Shown in pieces: positions 31,201 to 40,684 of a stretch of 64,000 nucleotides of DNA. Source of the stretch: Candidatus Micrarchaeia archaeon (GTDB lineage Archaea > Micrarchaeota > Micrarchaeia > Micrarchaeales > CABMGC01); contig JBMFWW010000002.1 of assembly GCA_049964835.1 (NCBI GenBank), positions 20,132-84,131 on the forward strand, in the 5' to 3' direction. Position numbers and translations under genes: made by a program. Numbering within the stretch: position 1 is the stretch's first letter; each line of letters begins with the position of its first letter. The notes under the pieces are model-generated. The model was not told where the DNA came from and made no database searches. It saw nothing but the letters and a program-made list of their open reading frames with translations.

Positions 31201-32098
31201 AGAAAATGCAAATAATCTGTTAGTTATGTCTTATCAAGAAAATAAACCAAGTACTCAAGATTTTTCAAGTATATATACTGCCCCTACTCCTGGCGGAATG
31301 GGTGCTAATGCAGCTTCAGCATACTTTAATTATTGGTTAAATGATACAATCGCATCTCAATACGCTATTGCTGACTCTCAAACCATTACGCAAATTGCTG
31401 CAGGAACTGGAGATGCAGGTGGTTTTGGCTGTTCAAATCCTCCAAATCCAAATGAATTTATAACAGATACCTATTGGACAATGACTCAGAGTGCATTGGA
31501 AAGTCAAGCGTTATCAAATTCAATAGTTATGTTACCACCAGCAATATTAGCAAATAATACAAATAATGTTTATATGTTCAACATAGCAGCATCGAATGGT
31601 GGGCTGGCCGTTTATAATATAGCTACGAGCACATACTCTGAGATACCATTACCAAAGTTTTCATCAACAGCTTATGTTTATCCTAATGATCAAATTCCAT
31701 CTTTGGCAGAAACAACAAATGGTACCTTTGTATTTGCCGGTTACCAACCATTTTCTGGATATTGTGCTATTGCAGTAATAAATACACAATTAGAAAAGGT
31801 TGTAAAGGTAAATTATGGACTTCCAGTAGGTTCTTGTGAAGGGGATACTATAGTAACTCCTGATGGAAAATACTTATATAGTGGTATCGCAGAAGGTCTT
31901 AATAGCGAATATGTATTTAGTGTTCATGATCTTATAACTTACAACTCTTCAGAAATAAATTATACCGGTTCTCTTTATAACTATTCAATAGCTAATATTG
32001 GAACTATGACTATGCCTATTACTTATGGAATATATGCTCCTCAAATGAACTACTATCAAGGCATTGCAATATCAACAGATACGCAGCCTATACCGTGA
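28268..32098 (+). CDS. Large surface protein: class III signal peptide, two InlB-B-like repeats, probable beta-propeller region
   Basis: KVKE|QSAIEYVMSYSWAVIILL; two 77-aa repeats containing GYTF..WTCSGTGCYSGT; VTPDGKYLY/SANGTELY blade-like motifs; many N-x-S/T sequons. Confidence 0.75.
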   Translation: MGKIIKLNHKSNKKKVKEQSAIEYVMSYSWAVIILLAVVIIYFFANSNQTTYTPTSCYISPQLPCYQLIIGSNSIETTAKLVFTNDLNKPIYFYSQPFSIKFTPSSNYYSGTCVPTTANEGSNVTCTVVASGYSILQGSEAEPTFYLSYAECVSQNCNINQRQLITLTTSGSGTSYIYNLSGNFIVPQPVFTNYFYLVTNSFPSIGGSTSPGYGVYAQGTNVIISESPSSGYTFSDWTCSGTGCYSGTSPSEKITINSNTIETASFQQIPIYTLTTNAVPSGSGSVSPTSGSYEQGSQVTILASANPGYTFNGWTCSGTGCYSGTSPSNTITITSNTVETANYKFNTGYFGYVPPFNGESNQTYLYSSPYAYYSHAPQQITLWSDLFHNLVLNNLNTPSSTSTILNLIGTVNNGYLYELALGEPADTYYPEITIINTSKNSVQKTIFIQNATVANEITTSQDTLFANVNSTGSLYILSSKSAGSLSQVSLIVANTSLLNDAMQSSNLFYNITKITSINLSNTTYDGNIVFPEEFTNYPISSFLMLGNYAYIANQSTLYILNTSKSNVVANSMIIYPKNKVETGALDSGIINMQTSGNYVYFDISNTTVSSSTNYNTVISVLNTTSLKVTNITIVNSPNNYTVGAVISNHFKKLYILLSNQTLYTIDLSSNGLGTVSRIQDFATTTPFPSTTSTLESSLGSEYNMLLSANGTELYVGTTYSNGYNGYAIYNLVTGTEVGFMGTLNAVRVVAPQNNYNIYTTASQNQAIEDYATLGGIVGVYSSAYNINKENITIPSNFIATALLFDGNILRIGGYNYSDNSLTQDEGLLTTANVMTDTMNSNVISPEAEISYFANTGYPMTPTQTIMHMPSIMDFSEPTGQFFSIPALLGGTSNLFLIQQASQVFPTNEVLDGLAAVSSNTQASDCVSSSECISSGSYLTAYSNIDAYSSYATPSGVACVAEANYGIASTATVNLYGMIENANNLLVMSYQENKPSTQDFSSIYTAPTPGGMGANAASAYFNYWLNDTIASQYAIADSQTITQIAAGTGDAGGFGCSNPPNPNEFITDTYWTMTQSALESQALSNSIVMLPPAILANNTNNVYMFNIAASNGGLAVYNIATSTYSEIPLPKFSSTAYVYPNDQIPSLAETTNGTFVFAGYQPFSGYCAIAVINTQLEKVVKVNYGLPVGSCEGDTIVTPDGKYLYSGIAEGLNSEYVFSVHDLITYNSSEINYTGSLYNYSIANIGTMTMPITYGIYAPQMNYYQGIAISTDTQPIP
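28975..29241 (+). repeat. 36-bp direct repeat (28975-29010, 29206-29241; 1 mismatch)
   Basis: TTGGACCTGTTCTGGAACTGGCTGTTATTC(C/T)GGCAC, 231 nt apart, encodes WTCSGTGCYSGT. Confidence 0.9.
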
Positions 32099-32802
32099 TT
32101 TTTATGGACGATACAAATTATAATAATAACAATAGCAACATCAATAATGGAGTTATGTCAAATACAATAAAACCTGAACGCAGATTTAAATATACAAATT
32201 TGGCTTTAATGTTAATAGTTATCTTAGCACTTATAGCATATATAATAATAACAAATATACTAAACAATCAAAGTATTCCGACAAATATGCAATTAAGTAG
32301 TTCTTATACAGCAAATGCAAATCAAATAAGTTACATAACAAAATCTCAACTATTAAGTATTTTTGGAAATGAAACATATAACGCAATGGTTCTTAATAAA
32401 AATACTGCATTTCACTATATTTATATACTACAAACACAGTTTCATATCGATATACCTTTTAATGGGTTTGTAAATGGCACATCAACAAACTATTTCGGTA
32501 AGATTACCTTTAATGAATTACAGTTCATATTTAATAAAACACAGAATACTACTTATTCTAATATACTTTCACAAATAAAATCAACATATACAACTTCAAT
32601 AATAAACACTTCAATTTATAATAGAATAACTTATACGACAATATATCCAAAAACTATACTTTCAACAAATGAGTTTATAATTTTGGAATACTATAAAAAT
32701 ACAATATTATTCTCTTATACTATCTCTAATTATTCAACAACTCAGTTTAATGCATTACTGCCAAAACTTCTTTCATATTCTAGCAAACAGATATTTGATT
32801 AA
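32095..32802 (+). CDS. Hypothetical single-TM surface protein
   Basis: One TM helix near N-terminus; Asn/Thr-rich; overlaps upstream stop (GTGA). Confidence 0.65.
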   Translation: MIFMDDTNYNNNNSNINNGVMSNTIKPERRFKYTNLALMLIVILALIAYIIITNILNNQSIPTNMQLSSSYTANANQISYITKSQLLSIFGNETYNAMVLNKNTAFHYIYILQTQFHIDIPFNGFVNGTSTNYFGKITFNELQFIFNKTQNTTYSNILSQIKSTYTTSIINTSIYNRITYTTIYPKTILSTNEFIILEYYKNTILFSYTISNYSTTQFNALLPKLLSYSSKQIFD

Positions 32803-32840
32803 TTAAATAATTCAAATCAGAGTAGGCTAAGTTAGATAAG

Positions 32841-33605
32841 TCAGGCCTTTAGCATTTTGCTTTCTATTATTCTTCTTAATTTTTCACCTAATGTTTCTTC
32901 TATGCCATCAAGTTTTATTACTTTTATGTCCTTATTAGAAAGCATGACATCAAACGAGCTTCCCTTTTTTGTTTTATCTACATATATATTATCATAAACA
33001 AGATTTGCATCGTATTTTGTAATTCTGACTCTTATCTTTTTTTCAGATCCTACAACGAGGGAGTTTCTATACGGTCCGTCCGGATTGATAAAAGTTATAC
33101 ACATCAAATCTTTTTGTAAAAGCAATGGACCTCCAGCACTTCTGTTATAAGCAGTAGATCCTATCTTGCCAGAAATAATTACTCCATCACCACTTATAAC
33201 AAATGGAAAGAGTGTTTTTTCTTTATTATTTTTTACTTCACAAATTGTAAATTGTACTTCTCCTATCTTTGTAGATAAATAACACTCATTAACCGCATAA
33301 TACTTTTTATTCTTATGAATTATCTCAAGCTTCTTACCAAGACTATCCACTGTATACTTATTATCTTTAATCATCTTTATTACAAGGTCTAGTTTATCTA
33401 TTCCAATATCAGAGTAATAACCCGTGCTGCTACTTGAATTATCTCTTATAAGTATAATTGGGCAGGAATACTTCTGCACAGCTTTTATGAAGGTTCCATC
33501 ACCTCCTATTGCAATGCAAATTTTACCATTTTTAACTACATCAAATGCCTTCTTTATTTTATTAAGTTCTGGATAATTTTTTTTTGCTACAAGTGAAATT
33601 TTCAT
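32841..33605 (-). CDS. NAD kinase
   Basis: GGDGT, AVNE, SGDGV, GSTAYNRSAGGP. Confidence 0.92.
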   Translation of the reverse strand: MKISLVAKKNYPELNKIKKAFDVVKNGKICIAIGGDGTFIKAVQKYSCPIILIRDNSSSSTGYYSDIGIDKLDLVIKMIKDNKYTVDSLGKKLEIIHKNKKYYAVNECYLSTKIGEVQFTICEVKNNKEKTLFPFVISGDGVIISGKIGSTAYNRSAGGPLLLQKDLMCITFINPDGPYRNSLVVGSEKKIRVRITKYDANLVYDNIYVDKTKKGSSFDVMLSNKDIKVIKLDGIEETLGEKLRRIIESKMLKA

Positions 33606-33614
33606 TATATCAAC

Positions 33615-34976
33615 TTACTTTCCATAGAAAAAGTGTATTGCTCTTCCTAATGAAGCTTCTGCGACCTCTTGTATTTGTTCAGAGTATGTAGGGTGTGGGT
33701 GTATAGTATCCGCAATATCCTCTAATGTCGCGCCCATCTCTATTGCTAATGCAGCTTCAGCTATCATAGAGTTTGCATCATCAGATACTATTTCAATACC
33801 TTTTACAATTAGATTTTTATCAAATGCCATTTTTACAAATCCATCTGTTCTATCTAATGCAATTGCTCTTCCTAGTGCACTCAATGGAAATTTTTTAATT
33901 GTAATTCCATTCTTAATAGAAATATCTCCAGCCACAGCAACTTCCGGATCAGAGAAGACAACCGCAGGTATAATTATATTATCAAAACCTGAATTTTTAC
34001 CGGCAGCTACCTCACCGGCAACAACGCCTTGCCTCATGGATTTATGTGCTAGCATTGGCTCTCCTACAACATCCCCTATTGCCAATATTTTTTCATCATC
34101 TGTCATCAAAGAATTATTTACTTTTATAAATCCTTTTTCATTTAATACAACTTTAGTATTCTCTAAACCAAGTCCATCAGTATAAGGTTTTAATCCAACT
34201 GCAACAACTACAATATTATGTGATATTTCTTCTCCAGAACTTAATTTTATTGAATTTGGTGTATGTGATATCGGAGTTGCATTTTTGTATATCTTAACAT
34301 TTAATTTTATCAAACCTTTTTCAATTATGGCTACTGCTTCAGGATCAAAGTGCGAAAGAAGTGTAGACCTAGCAATTATAGAAACACTTACTCCAAGCTT
34401 TGCGTATAGAGTTGCAAGTTCTACTGCAACATAGCCGGCTCCTATTATTGTCATTTTTTCCGGATATTTGTCTAGCATAAGCGCTTTCTTGTAATCTATT
34501 ATATACTCATTGTATTCAAAGCCTAAAAGAACTGTCGGTACAGAACCTGTTGCTATTATTGCGGTATCAAAATCAAGCTCCGTGCCATTTGTAAGTTGAA
34601 GCTTCTTCGAGTTCAAGAATGTAGCTGAACCTTTTATAATCTCTATTCCATTTGATTTGCATAAAAACTCAACCCCTTTTTCAAGCTTTTCTGAAACTCC
34701 AATTCTCCACTCAAAAGCTTTGGAGCTGTTTATTTTTGGTTCAGCTTCAATTCCAAACCTTTGCGAATTTTTAGCTTTGTAGTAAACATCAGCAATGTGC
34801 AACATTGTCTTTGAAGGTATACATGCATAGTTAAGGCAATGTCCCCCCATCTTTTCTTTTTCAATTACAGTTACAGAAAGCCCTAATTCTGCAGCTCTTA
34901 TAGCGGCAACATATCCCCCAACACCCCCTCCTACTATTGCAAGATTTACGTCTTCAGGTATAGATCCCATAACCAT
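33615..34976 (-). CDS. lpdA: Dihydrolipoyl dehydrogenase (E3)
   Basis: GGGVGGY, GGHCLNYACIPSK, MLAHK, IHPHPT.SE. Confidence 0.95.
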   Translation of the reverse strand: MVMGSIPEDVNLAIVGGGVGGYVAAIRAAELGLSVTVIEKEKMGGHCLNYACIPSKTMLHIADVYYKAKNSQRFGIEAEPKINSSKAFEWRIGVSEKLEKGVEFLCKSNGIEIIKGSATFLNSKKLQLTNGTELDFDTAIIATGSVPTVLLGFEYNEYIIDYKKALMLDKYPEKMTIIGAGYVAVELATLYAKLGVSVSIIARSTLLSHFDPEAVAIIEKGLIKLNVKIYKNATPISHTPNSIKLSSGEEISHNIVVVAVGLKPYTDGLGLENTKVVLNEKGFIKVNNSLMTDDEKILAIGDVVGEPMLAHKSMRQGVVAGEVAAGKNSGFDNIIIPAVVFSDPEVAVAGDISIKNGITIKKFPLSALGRAIALDRTDGFVKMAFDKNLIVKGIEIVSDDANSMIAEAALAIEMGATLEDIADTIHPHPTYSEQIQEVAEASLGRAIHFFYGK

Positions 34977-34980
34977 AAAT

Positions 34981-36309
34981 TCAACCTATAAGCTCGAGGA
35001 AATCCGGATCCTCAAGATATTTTTTAAGCGCATTGCCAAAATGAACCGCATCAGCGCCGTCTACTACTCTATGGTCAAAGGTTATAGAAAATGGCATAAT
35101 CTTTCGTATTACTATTTCATCATTTACAACTACTGGTGTGTCTCTTATAAGATGTATCCCAAGTATTGCAACTTCTGGGTAATTTATCATAGGAACCGAG
35201 AGATATCCCCCACCTAAACTACCAATATTAGTTATTGTAAAGGTTGAGTCTGACATATCGCTTAGTTGAACCTCTTGTTTTTTTACCTTTTCAGCAAGCT
35301 CTTGTATCTCCTTTGCTATGTTTGCAATACTCTTTTTATCAGCATCTTTTATTACAACTACCTTTAATCCATCGGGACCTTCTGCGGCAAGTCCAATATT
35401 AAAGTATTTTTTTACAATTATCTCTAACTGTTCATGATCATAACTTGAATTAAAACGAGGACTTTCCTTTAATGCTTCTACTGTTGCCTTTATTATAAAT
35501 GGAAGGAATGTCAACTTAACTCCAAGCTCATTCATATTTTCTTTTTCTTTTTTTACAAGGTCAAATAATGTTGTTGCATCTATCAAATCCATATGTGATG
35601 CTCTTGGTATACTCCATGAAAGTTCCATATTTCTTGCTATTGCCTTTCTAGTTTGTGTAAGTGGAATACGTTCTATATCATTAGCATGCGATCTTTCTAA
35701 TGTTTCAGAGAACTTAGGTGAAGAAACCTTCTTGTTAGTTTTAGCAGACGCATTTCTTACATCATTTTCAATAACTTTTCCATTAGGCCCTGTTCCTACC
35801 ACTGTATTTATATCAATATTTAACTCTCTTGCAAGCTTTCTTACATAGGGTGTTGCAATCACATCTTTTTTTACTGTGTTTGTATCTGTACTTTTATTTT
35901 TATTAAAATCACTTTTTTGCACTTCTATATCTTTTTGTTCGTTCATATTGAACTGTTCATGTATAGATATATTCTTTATTTGTGGTATACCAGAAAAGGT
36001 AGGTTGTTGAACACTTTGTTTTTGGATATTATCCTTGACATTGCTTTGTGCTGTATTTACTACATTGTTAGTGTCTTTATCATCTCCAACGTAAGCTATA
36101 ATGTCTCCAATCTTTAATGTGTCATTCTCCTGTGCAACTATTTTTAAAGCCCCGGATATAGGCGCAGGTATATTGACAACAGCTTTGTCTGTTTCTATTT
36201 GCACTATAGTGTCATCTTCTTTTACAGTATCTCCATTCTTGAATAACCATTTCTTGACAACGCCCTCAGTTATACCTTCCCCGACATCAACAAACTTTAA
36301 TTCTTTCAA
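34981..36309 (-). CDS. pdhC: Dihydrolipoamide acyltransferase (E2)
   Basis: Lipoyl ETDKA, E3-binding ATPYVRKLARE..GTGPNG, DHRVVDG; TTG start. Confidence 0.95.
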   Translation of the reverse strand: MKELKFVDVGEGITEGVVKKWLFKNGDTVKEDDTIVQIETDKAVVNIPAPISGALKIVAQENDTLKIGDIIAYVGDDKDTNNVVNTAQSNVKDNIQKQSVQQPTFSGIPQIKNISIHEQFNMNEQKDIEVQKSDFNKNKSTDTNTVKKDVIATPYVRKLARELNIDINTVVGTGPNGKVIENDVRNASAKTNKKVSSPKFSETLERSHANDIERIPLTQTRKAIARNMELSWSIPRASHMDLIDATTLFDLVKKEKENMNELGVKLTFLPFIIKATVEALKESPRFNSSYDHEQLEIIVKKYFNIGLAAEGPDGLKVVVIKDADKKSIANIAKEIQELAEKVKKQEVQLSDMSDSTFTITNIGSLGGGYLSVPMINYPEVAILGIHLIRDTPVVVNDEIVIRKIMPFSITFDHRVVDGADAVHFGNALKKYLEDPDFLELIG

Positions 36310-36313
36310 ATAA

Positions 36314-37279
36314 TCAACCTTTCATAAGCTTATCCAACGCGTACATAACTTTCTTTTCATTTGGAACATAGTAGTTTTCATATCCTGGATATGGATAAGG
36401 GAAGCTGTTTCCACCTACTCTAACTATCGGTGCATTTAATTTATATAATGCCTTTTCTGCTACTCTTGCAGCTATTTCTGCTCCGACTCCGAAGCTTAAT
36501 GAAGCTTCATGAACAATAGCTAGTCTCCCTGTTTTATTTACGCTATCTAATATTGTTTTTTCATCAAGCGGATTTATTGTTCTTAAATCTATTATTTCGG
36601 CATCTAAATTCATTTTAGCTACGGCGTCTTTTACTACAGGAACCATAGTTCCATATGTTACTACTGTTGCATTATTTCCTTCTTTTATTATACTAGCCTT
36701 TCCTATCGGAACCTCATAAGCTTCTGTCGGAACTTCCTGTTTAAACAATCTGTAAAGTTTTGTAGGCTCTAAAAATATCACCGGATCATTCATTCTAGAA
36801 GCCTTTATCAAAAGGCCTTTTGCATCATAAGGATTAGAAGGTTCGACTACCATCAAACCACCGATATGTGAGTAGTAAGCTTCTGGACTATCTGAGTGAT
36901 GTTCAAGTGTTCTTACACCTCCGCTTACAGGTGTTCTAACTACCATCGGTACAGTTAGATTTGATCTAGTTCTTGTTCTATATCTAGAAGCATGATTTAT
37001 TAACTGACTAAATCCTAAATACATAAAGCCTGCAAACTGTATTTCTGGAATTGGCCTAAGTCCAGAGATTGCCATTCCTATTGCAGTACCTATAATTCCT
37101 GATTCTGCAAGAGGGGTATCTATAACTCTATTTTCTCCGTATTTTTTTAAAAGTCCATCCGTAACTCTAAAAACTCCGCCGTCTTTTCCAATATCCTCTC
37201 CAAGCAACAATGTTTTGTCATTTTCATTAAGTATTATGTCCAAAGCGCTATTAAGAGCAGAAACCATATTCATCTGCAT
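36314..37279 (-). CDS. pdhB: Pyruvate/2-oxoacid dehydrogenase E1 beta
   Basis: GEDIG..GGVFRVT, DTPLAESG, EIQF, HS; ATG 37279 follows GGTGA. Confidence 0.93.
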   Translation of the reverse strand: MQMNMVSALNSALDIILNENDKTLLLGEDIGKDGGVFRVTDGLLKKYGENRVIDTPLAESGIIGTAIGMAISGLRPIPEIQFAGFMYLGFSQLINHASRYRTRTRSNLTVPMVVRTPVSGGVRTLEHHSDSPEAYYSHIGGLMVVEPSNPYDAKGLLIKASRMNDPVIFLEPTKLYRLFKQEVPTEAYEVPIGKASIIKEGNNATVVTYGTMVPVVKDAVAKMNLDAEIIDLRTINPLDEKTILDSVNKTGRLAIVHEASLSFGVGAEIAARVAEKALYKLNAPIVRVGGNSFPYPYPGYENYYVPNEKKVMYALDKLMKG

Positions 37280-37287
37280 AAACTCAC

Positions 37288-38355
37288 CTACTGCCAAAAG
37301 TTATTCGCCTCTGCCTCGTCAAACTCTTCCCTAAGCGTTTGCGGTATAAAACTATACACTGTATTGAACATGCTTCTAGGGTCAGCTTTAAACTTTTCTG
37401 CCTTTTCTACAGCTTCATCTATTAACTTCAATGCAGCGTCCTTTTCCTCTTTGTCCTTTTGTTCATTTAACAAATTATTTTTAATAAGATACTTCTTCAC
37501 ACGTTCTATCGGGTCTTTTTTTGCCCAGATTGAAACATCTTCATCACTTCTATACTTTGTAGGATCATCTGCAGTTGTATGCAAACTCATTCTATACGTT
37601 ATACACTCAATTACTGTAGGGCCTTTCTTTGAATTAAGTATCGCATCCTTTGTTGCCTTGTAAACTGCCAGAACATCATTTCCGTCTACCTGAACTGCAT
37701 CTATTCCTGCAGCAACCGCTTTTTGTGCAAGTGTTTTTGTATTTGTCTGTTCTGACCTTGGCAAAGATATTGCCCATTGATTATTTTCTATAATTGTTAT
37801 TAGTGGAACCTTCCATACTCCTGCAAAGTTAATTGCCTCATAAAAATCTCCTTCTGATGTTCCTCCATCTCCAATATATGCAATAACAGCAGAGTCTTTG
37901 TTTTGATATCTTTGTGAGAACGCAATTCCTGTTGCATGGGGCATTTGTGTTGCCACTGGCACTATTATAGGGAACGCATTAGACTCTTTTGGAAAAACAT
38001 TTCCTTCTTCATAACCTCTCCAATATATAAACATAATCTCTGGCGGGACTCCTCTTTCAAGAAAAACTCCATGCTGTCTAAATGCAGGTACAAAAATATC
38101 TTGTTTTCTCATAGCGGCTGCACTTCCTATTTGCGTAGCCTCTTCTCCAAGTAGTGGTGCGTAAGTTACTGCACGACCTTGCCTTTGTAAACTCAAAACT
38201 TTAGTATCAAGAGTTCTTGCAAGTATCATACCTTTATACATTTCTAAAATTTGTGAATTTGTTAAATCTACAGGCATAAGTTTTGGATCTACATTTCCTT
38301 CTTCGTCTATAATTTGATAATAATCTATGCTGCCTTCGTAAGCCTTTCCTAACAA
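37288..38355 (-). CDS. pdhA: Pyruvate/2-oxoacid dehydrogenase E1 alpha
   Basis: LQRQGR, GDGGTSEGDFYE...NN TPP motif, YRMSLHTTADDP. Confidence 0.93.
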   Translation of the reverse strand: MLGKAYEGSIDYYQIIDEEGNVDPKLMPVDLTNSQILEMYKGMILARTLDTKVLSLQRQGRAVTYAPLLGEEATQIGSAAAMRKQDIFVPAFRQHGVFLERGVPPEIMFIYWRGYEEGNVFPKESNAFPIIVPVATQMPHATGIAFSQRYQNKDSAVIAYIGDGGTSEGDFYEAINFAGVWKVPLITIIENNQWAISLPRSEQTNTKTLAQKAVAAGIDAVQVDGNDVLAVYKATKDAILNSKKGPTVIECITYRMSLHTTADDPTKYRSDEDVSIWAKKDPIERVKKYLIKNNLLNEQKDKEEKDAALKLIDEAVEKAEKFKADPRSMFNTVYSFIPQTLREEFDEAEANNFWQ

Positions 38356-38529
38356 AAAAACACCGATTTATATAAAACAACAATAATATTTAAACACTTC
38401 TAAAAGAAATCATTATTATTATAAATAATATACGATAAGACGAAGAAATCTCCAAAAGTAAAATAACGCTTTAAGACGAACCTATAAAAACCATTTAAAT
38501 ATCACATTTATCAGATATTTTATGATTTT

Positions 38530-38691
38530 ATGCCAAATCAAAAACAAAGAAAAACAAATAGAGACATTCAAAACAAAGCATTAGATTTAGATCTAATAAG
38601 TAGCTTAAGAAGAAAATCAGATAAAAGAGCAGAAACAAAACCAGGCGTTTTTAATTTAAAACACGGAAATAGTATCCTTGAGCTCAGTTAG
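38530..38691 (+). CDS. Possible small basic protein (53 aa)
   Basis: MPNQKQRKTNRD...ELS; TTTAAATA upstream; converges on rfcS; no recognisable motif. Confidence 0.3.
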   Translation: MPNQKQRKTNRDIQNKALDLDLISSLRRKSDKRAETKPGVFNLKHGNSILELS

Positions 38692-39652
38692 TTTTTTCTC
38701 CTATTAATGCAAGTTTAGCGAGCATTGACTCAAGCTGTATTCTGTCGTTAGCACCTTCTACTATTCTGTAATTGCAGTCACCTATCTGTGATATTAGTCT
38801 TAATTTTTTCTTATCCTCTATTTCCATAGATACTGCTTCTCTATAGCATTGTACTAGAATATCTTCGCCGCTCATTCCATGAACTAAAGTAAGTGTATTT
38901 AGTTCTGTTCTTGCCTTTTCAAAATCACCGGAGAGAGCAAACCTTAACATCGCTATTACCTCTTTAGGTCTTGCTCTTGCTGCTATTTCATATATTGAAG
39001 ACTCAGTTACTTTTTTATCTGTTACAGTTGCGCTCTGCATTATATTAGTTAATCTTCTCAAATCTCCCTCGCTAACATAGAGCAGTGCATCTATTGCTTT
39101 TTTATCTAGCTCTAAGTTTTCTGATGCAGCTATTCTTTCTATATAAGAGCGCATCTCATCCTCTTTCAAAGGCTTAAATCTCAATACAACACACCTACTT
39201 TGTATAGGATCTATTATTTTGCTAGAGTAATTTGCTCCAAGAATAAATCTCGTTGCTGCAGAGTACTTTTCCATAGTTCTTCTAAGCGCGTGCTGTGCTT
39301 CTGGAGTTAGTGCATCAGCTTCATCCAAAAAAACTATTTTGACTAAGCCACTAGATAATGGAATCGTTCTTGCAAATTCTTTGACCTTTCCTCTAACTAC
39401 CTCTATTCCCCTAGAGTCGCTTGCATTTAGTTCAAGAAATGCCTCATTTATGCTTTCTCCATACAGTTCCTTTGCCATTGCTATTGCCGATGTTGTTTTT
39501 CCGACTCCGGCAGGACCTGCAAAAATCATACTCGGAAAGCTTTTTACTTTTACAAATGCTTTTAACTTTTCTACTATTGCGTCTTGGCCTATAATCTCCG
39601 ATAACTTAGACGGTCTGTACTTTTCTGTCCATGAAAGATCTATTCCGCTCAA
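38684..39652 (-). CDS. rfcS: Replication factor C small subunit
   Basis: WTEKYRP, GPAGVGKTT, ELNASD.RG, LDEADALT, IQSRC, GDLR; no intein. Confidence 0.96.
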   Translation of the reverse strand: MSGIDLSWTEKYRPSKLSEIIGQDAIVEKLKAFVKVKSFPSMIFAGPAGVGKTTSAIAMAKELYGESINEAFLELNASDSRGIEVVRGKVKEFARTIPLSSGLVKIVFLDEADALTPEAQHALRRTMEKYSAATRFILGANYSSKIIDPIQSRCVVLRFKPLKEDEMRSYIERIAASENLELDKKAIDALLYVSEGDLRRLTNIMQSATVTDKKVTESSIYEIAARARPKEVIAMLRFALSGDFEKARTELNTLTLVHGMSGEDILVQCYREAVSMEIEDKKKLRLISQIGDCNYRIVEGANDRIQLESMLAKLALIGEKTN

Positions 39653-39707
39653 GAAATCATTTATTAAATATTTAACTCAAAAATTACTTATACTTAATGA
39701 TTAAAAA

Positions 39708-39799
39708 TAGCCCCAGCCAGATTCGAACTGGCGTTTGCAGGTCCAGAGCCTGCCGTCCTTTTATGTCTTAATTTTAAGAGACCACTAGACGATGGGGCT
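39708..39799 (-). tRNA. tRNA-Gln(CTG) with ~21-nt D-loop intron (39760-39780)
   Basis: Reverse complement AGCCCCA...GCAGG-CTCTGGA-CCTGC...GCCAG-TTCGAAT-CTGGC-TGGGGCT-A; A1-U72 pair; intron hairpin TCTTAA/TTAAGA. Confidence 0.92.
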
Positions 39800-39944
39800 A
39801 TTATACTTTAAATATTTATACTGTTGTTTATTAATTCTTTTCGTGGGTTATTTGTGAAACATCGACAATTTCTTCGTTAATCTATATTATGAATAATTAT
39901 CAAAAATTACAGAAAATATAAATATCTTTTCTTACATATAATAC

Positions 39945-40060
39945 TGCCAAACGGTCATAGTAGCAGGGAAACGCCCGAACCCATTCCGAACTCGGAAGCT
40001 AAGCTTGCTAACGATATGAAATACTGCTGTAATAGTGGGAAAGCATATTGCTGTTTGGCA
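39945..40060 (+). rRNA. rrf: 5S rRNA (stand-alone)
   Basis: Helix I TGCCAAACGG/CTGTTTGGCA; CCCATTCCGAACTCGGAAGCTAAGC signature. Confidence 0.93.
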
Positions 40061-40090
40061 CTTTTTAAAAATTATTAAGCGAGGTGTGAG

Positions 40091-40480
40091 GTCAAGGTAT
40101 ACTATGGGCTTTAGCTCGTAGACAGGAATTGATTCCACCATTCAAAAAATACAAACATTTTTCTATTTCTACTAAAAAGATTCTTTGACGACGAGTTGTC
40201 GCAAAATTCTTCGCGTCCGGATTTTTCACCACCGAAGCGATAATATGCATAGTGTAAACTCTGCAAAAAATATAAAACCTGCGGCCACAGAGAATGGTCA
40301 TCCATATAACTGGCAACATTTTGTTTTTGTTACAAAATATAGATACAAAATGTTCAAAAACGAAAAAAACAGTTGCAATAATTAAAAAAGCAATAATAGA
40401 CGCAGCTTCAAGAAATAATATCACTATAAAAGAATTTTCTTTTGGCGATGATTATTCACATATGCGCCTTGAATTAAATT
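40091..40480 (+). mobile_element. tnpA: IS200/IS605-family remnant: end hairpin plus frameshifted, truncated Y1 tnpA
   Basis: GTCAA followed by hairpin CTATGGGC-TTTA-GCTCGTAG (40102-40121); HFVFVTKYRYKMF, frameshift at the A7 run near 40363-40369, then IKKAI...I.IKEFSFGDDYSHMRL (HUH degenerated to HMR). Confidence 0.8.
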
Positions 40481-40684
40481 TTATAGAGAATCCTTGTAAA
40501 ATATTTGTTCTAAAATATCTCTATGCAAGGTTAATCTCGAGTAAAATTAAGTTATTGCCATCTATTAATTTAGATAATATTATTTCAAAAACATTTTTAT
40601 GTAAAAATCTGAAGTATAAAAAACATATTAGAAAGATTTTTATATAACAAATATGATATCTATTAACTAATAATAAGTGCTTAT

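Noticed and set aside
39932..40647. Several short overlapping ORFs
   Set aside because: Explained by the 5S rRNA and the frameshifted tnpA relic; no tnpB/iscB sequence recognised nearby, so no OMEGA system is claimed.
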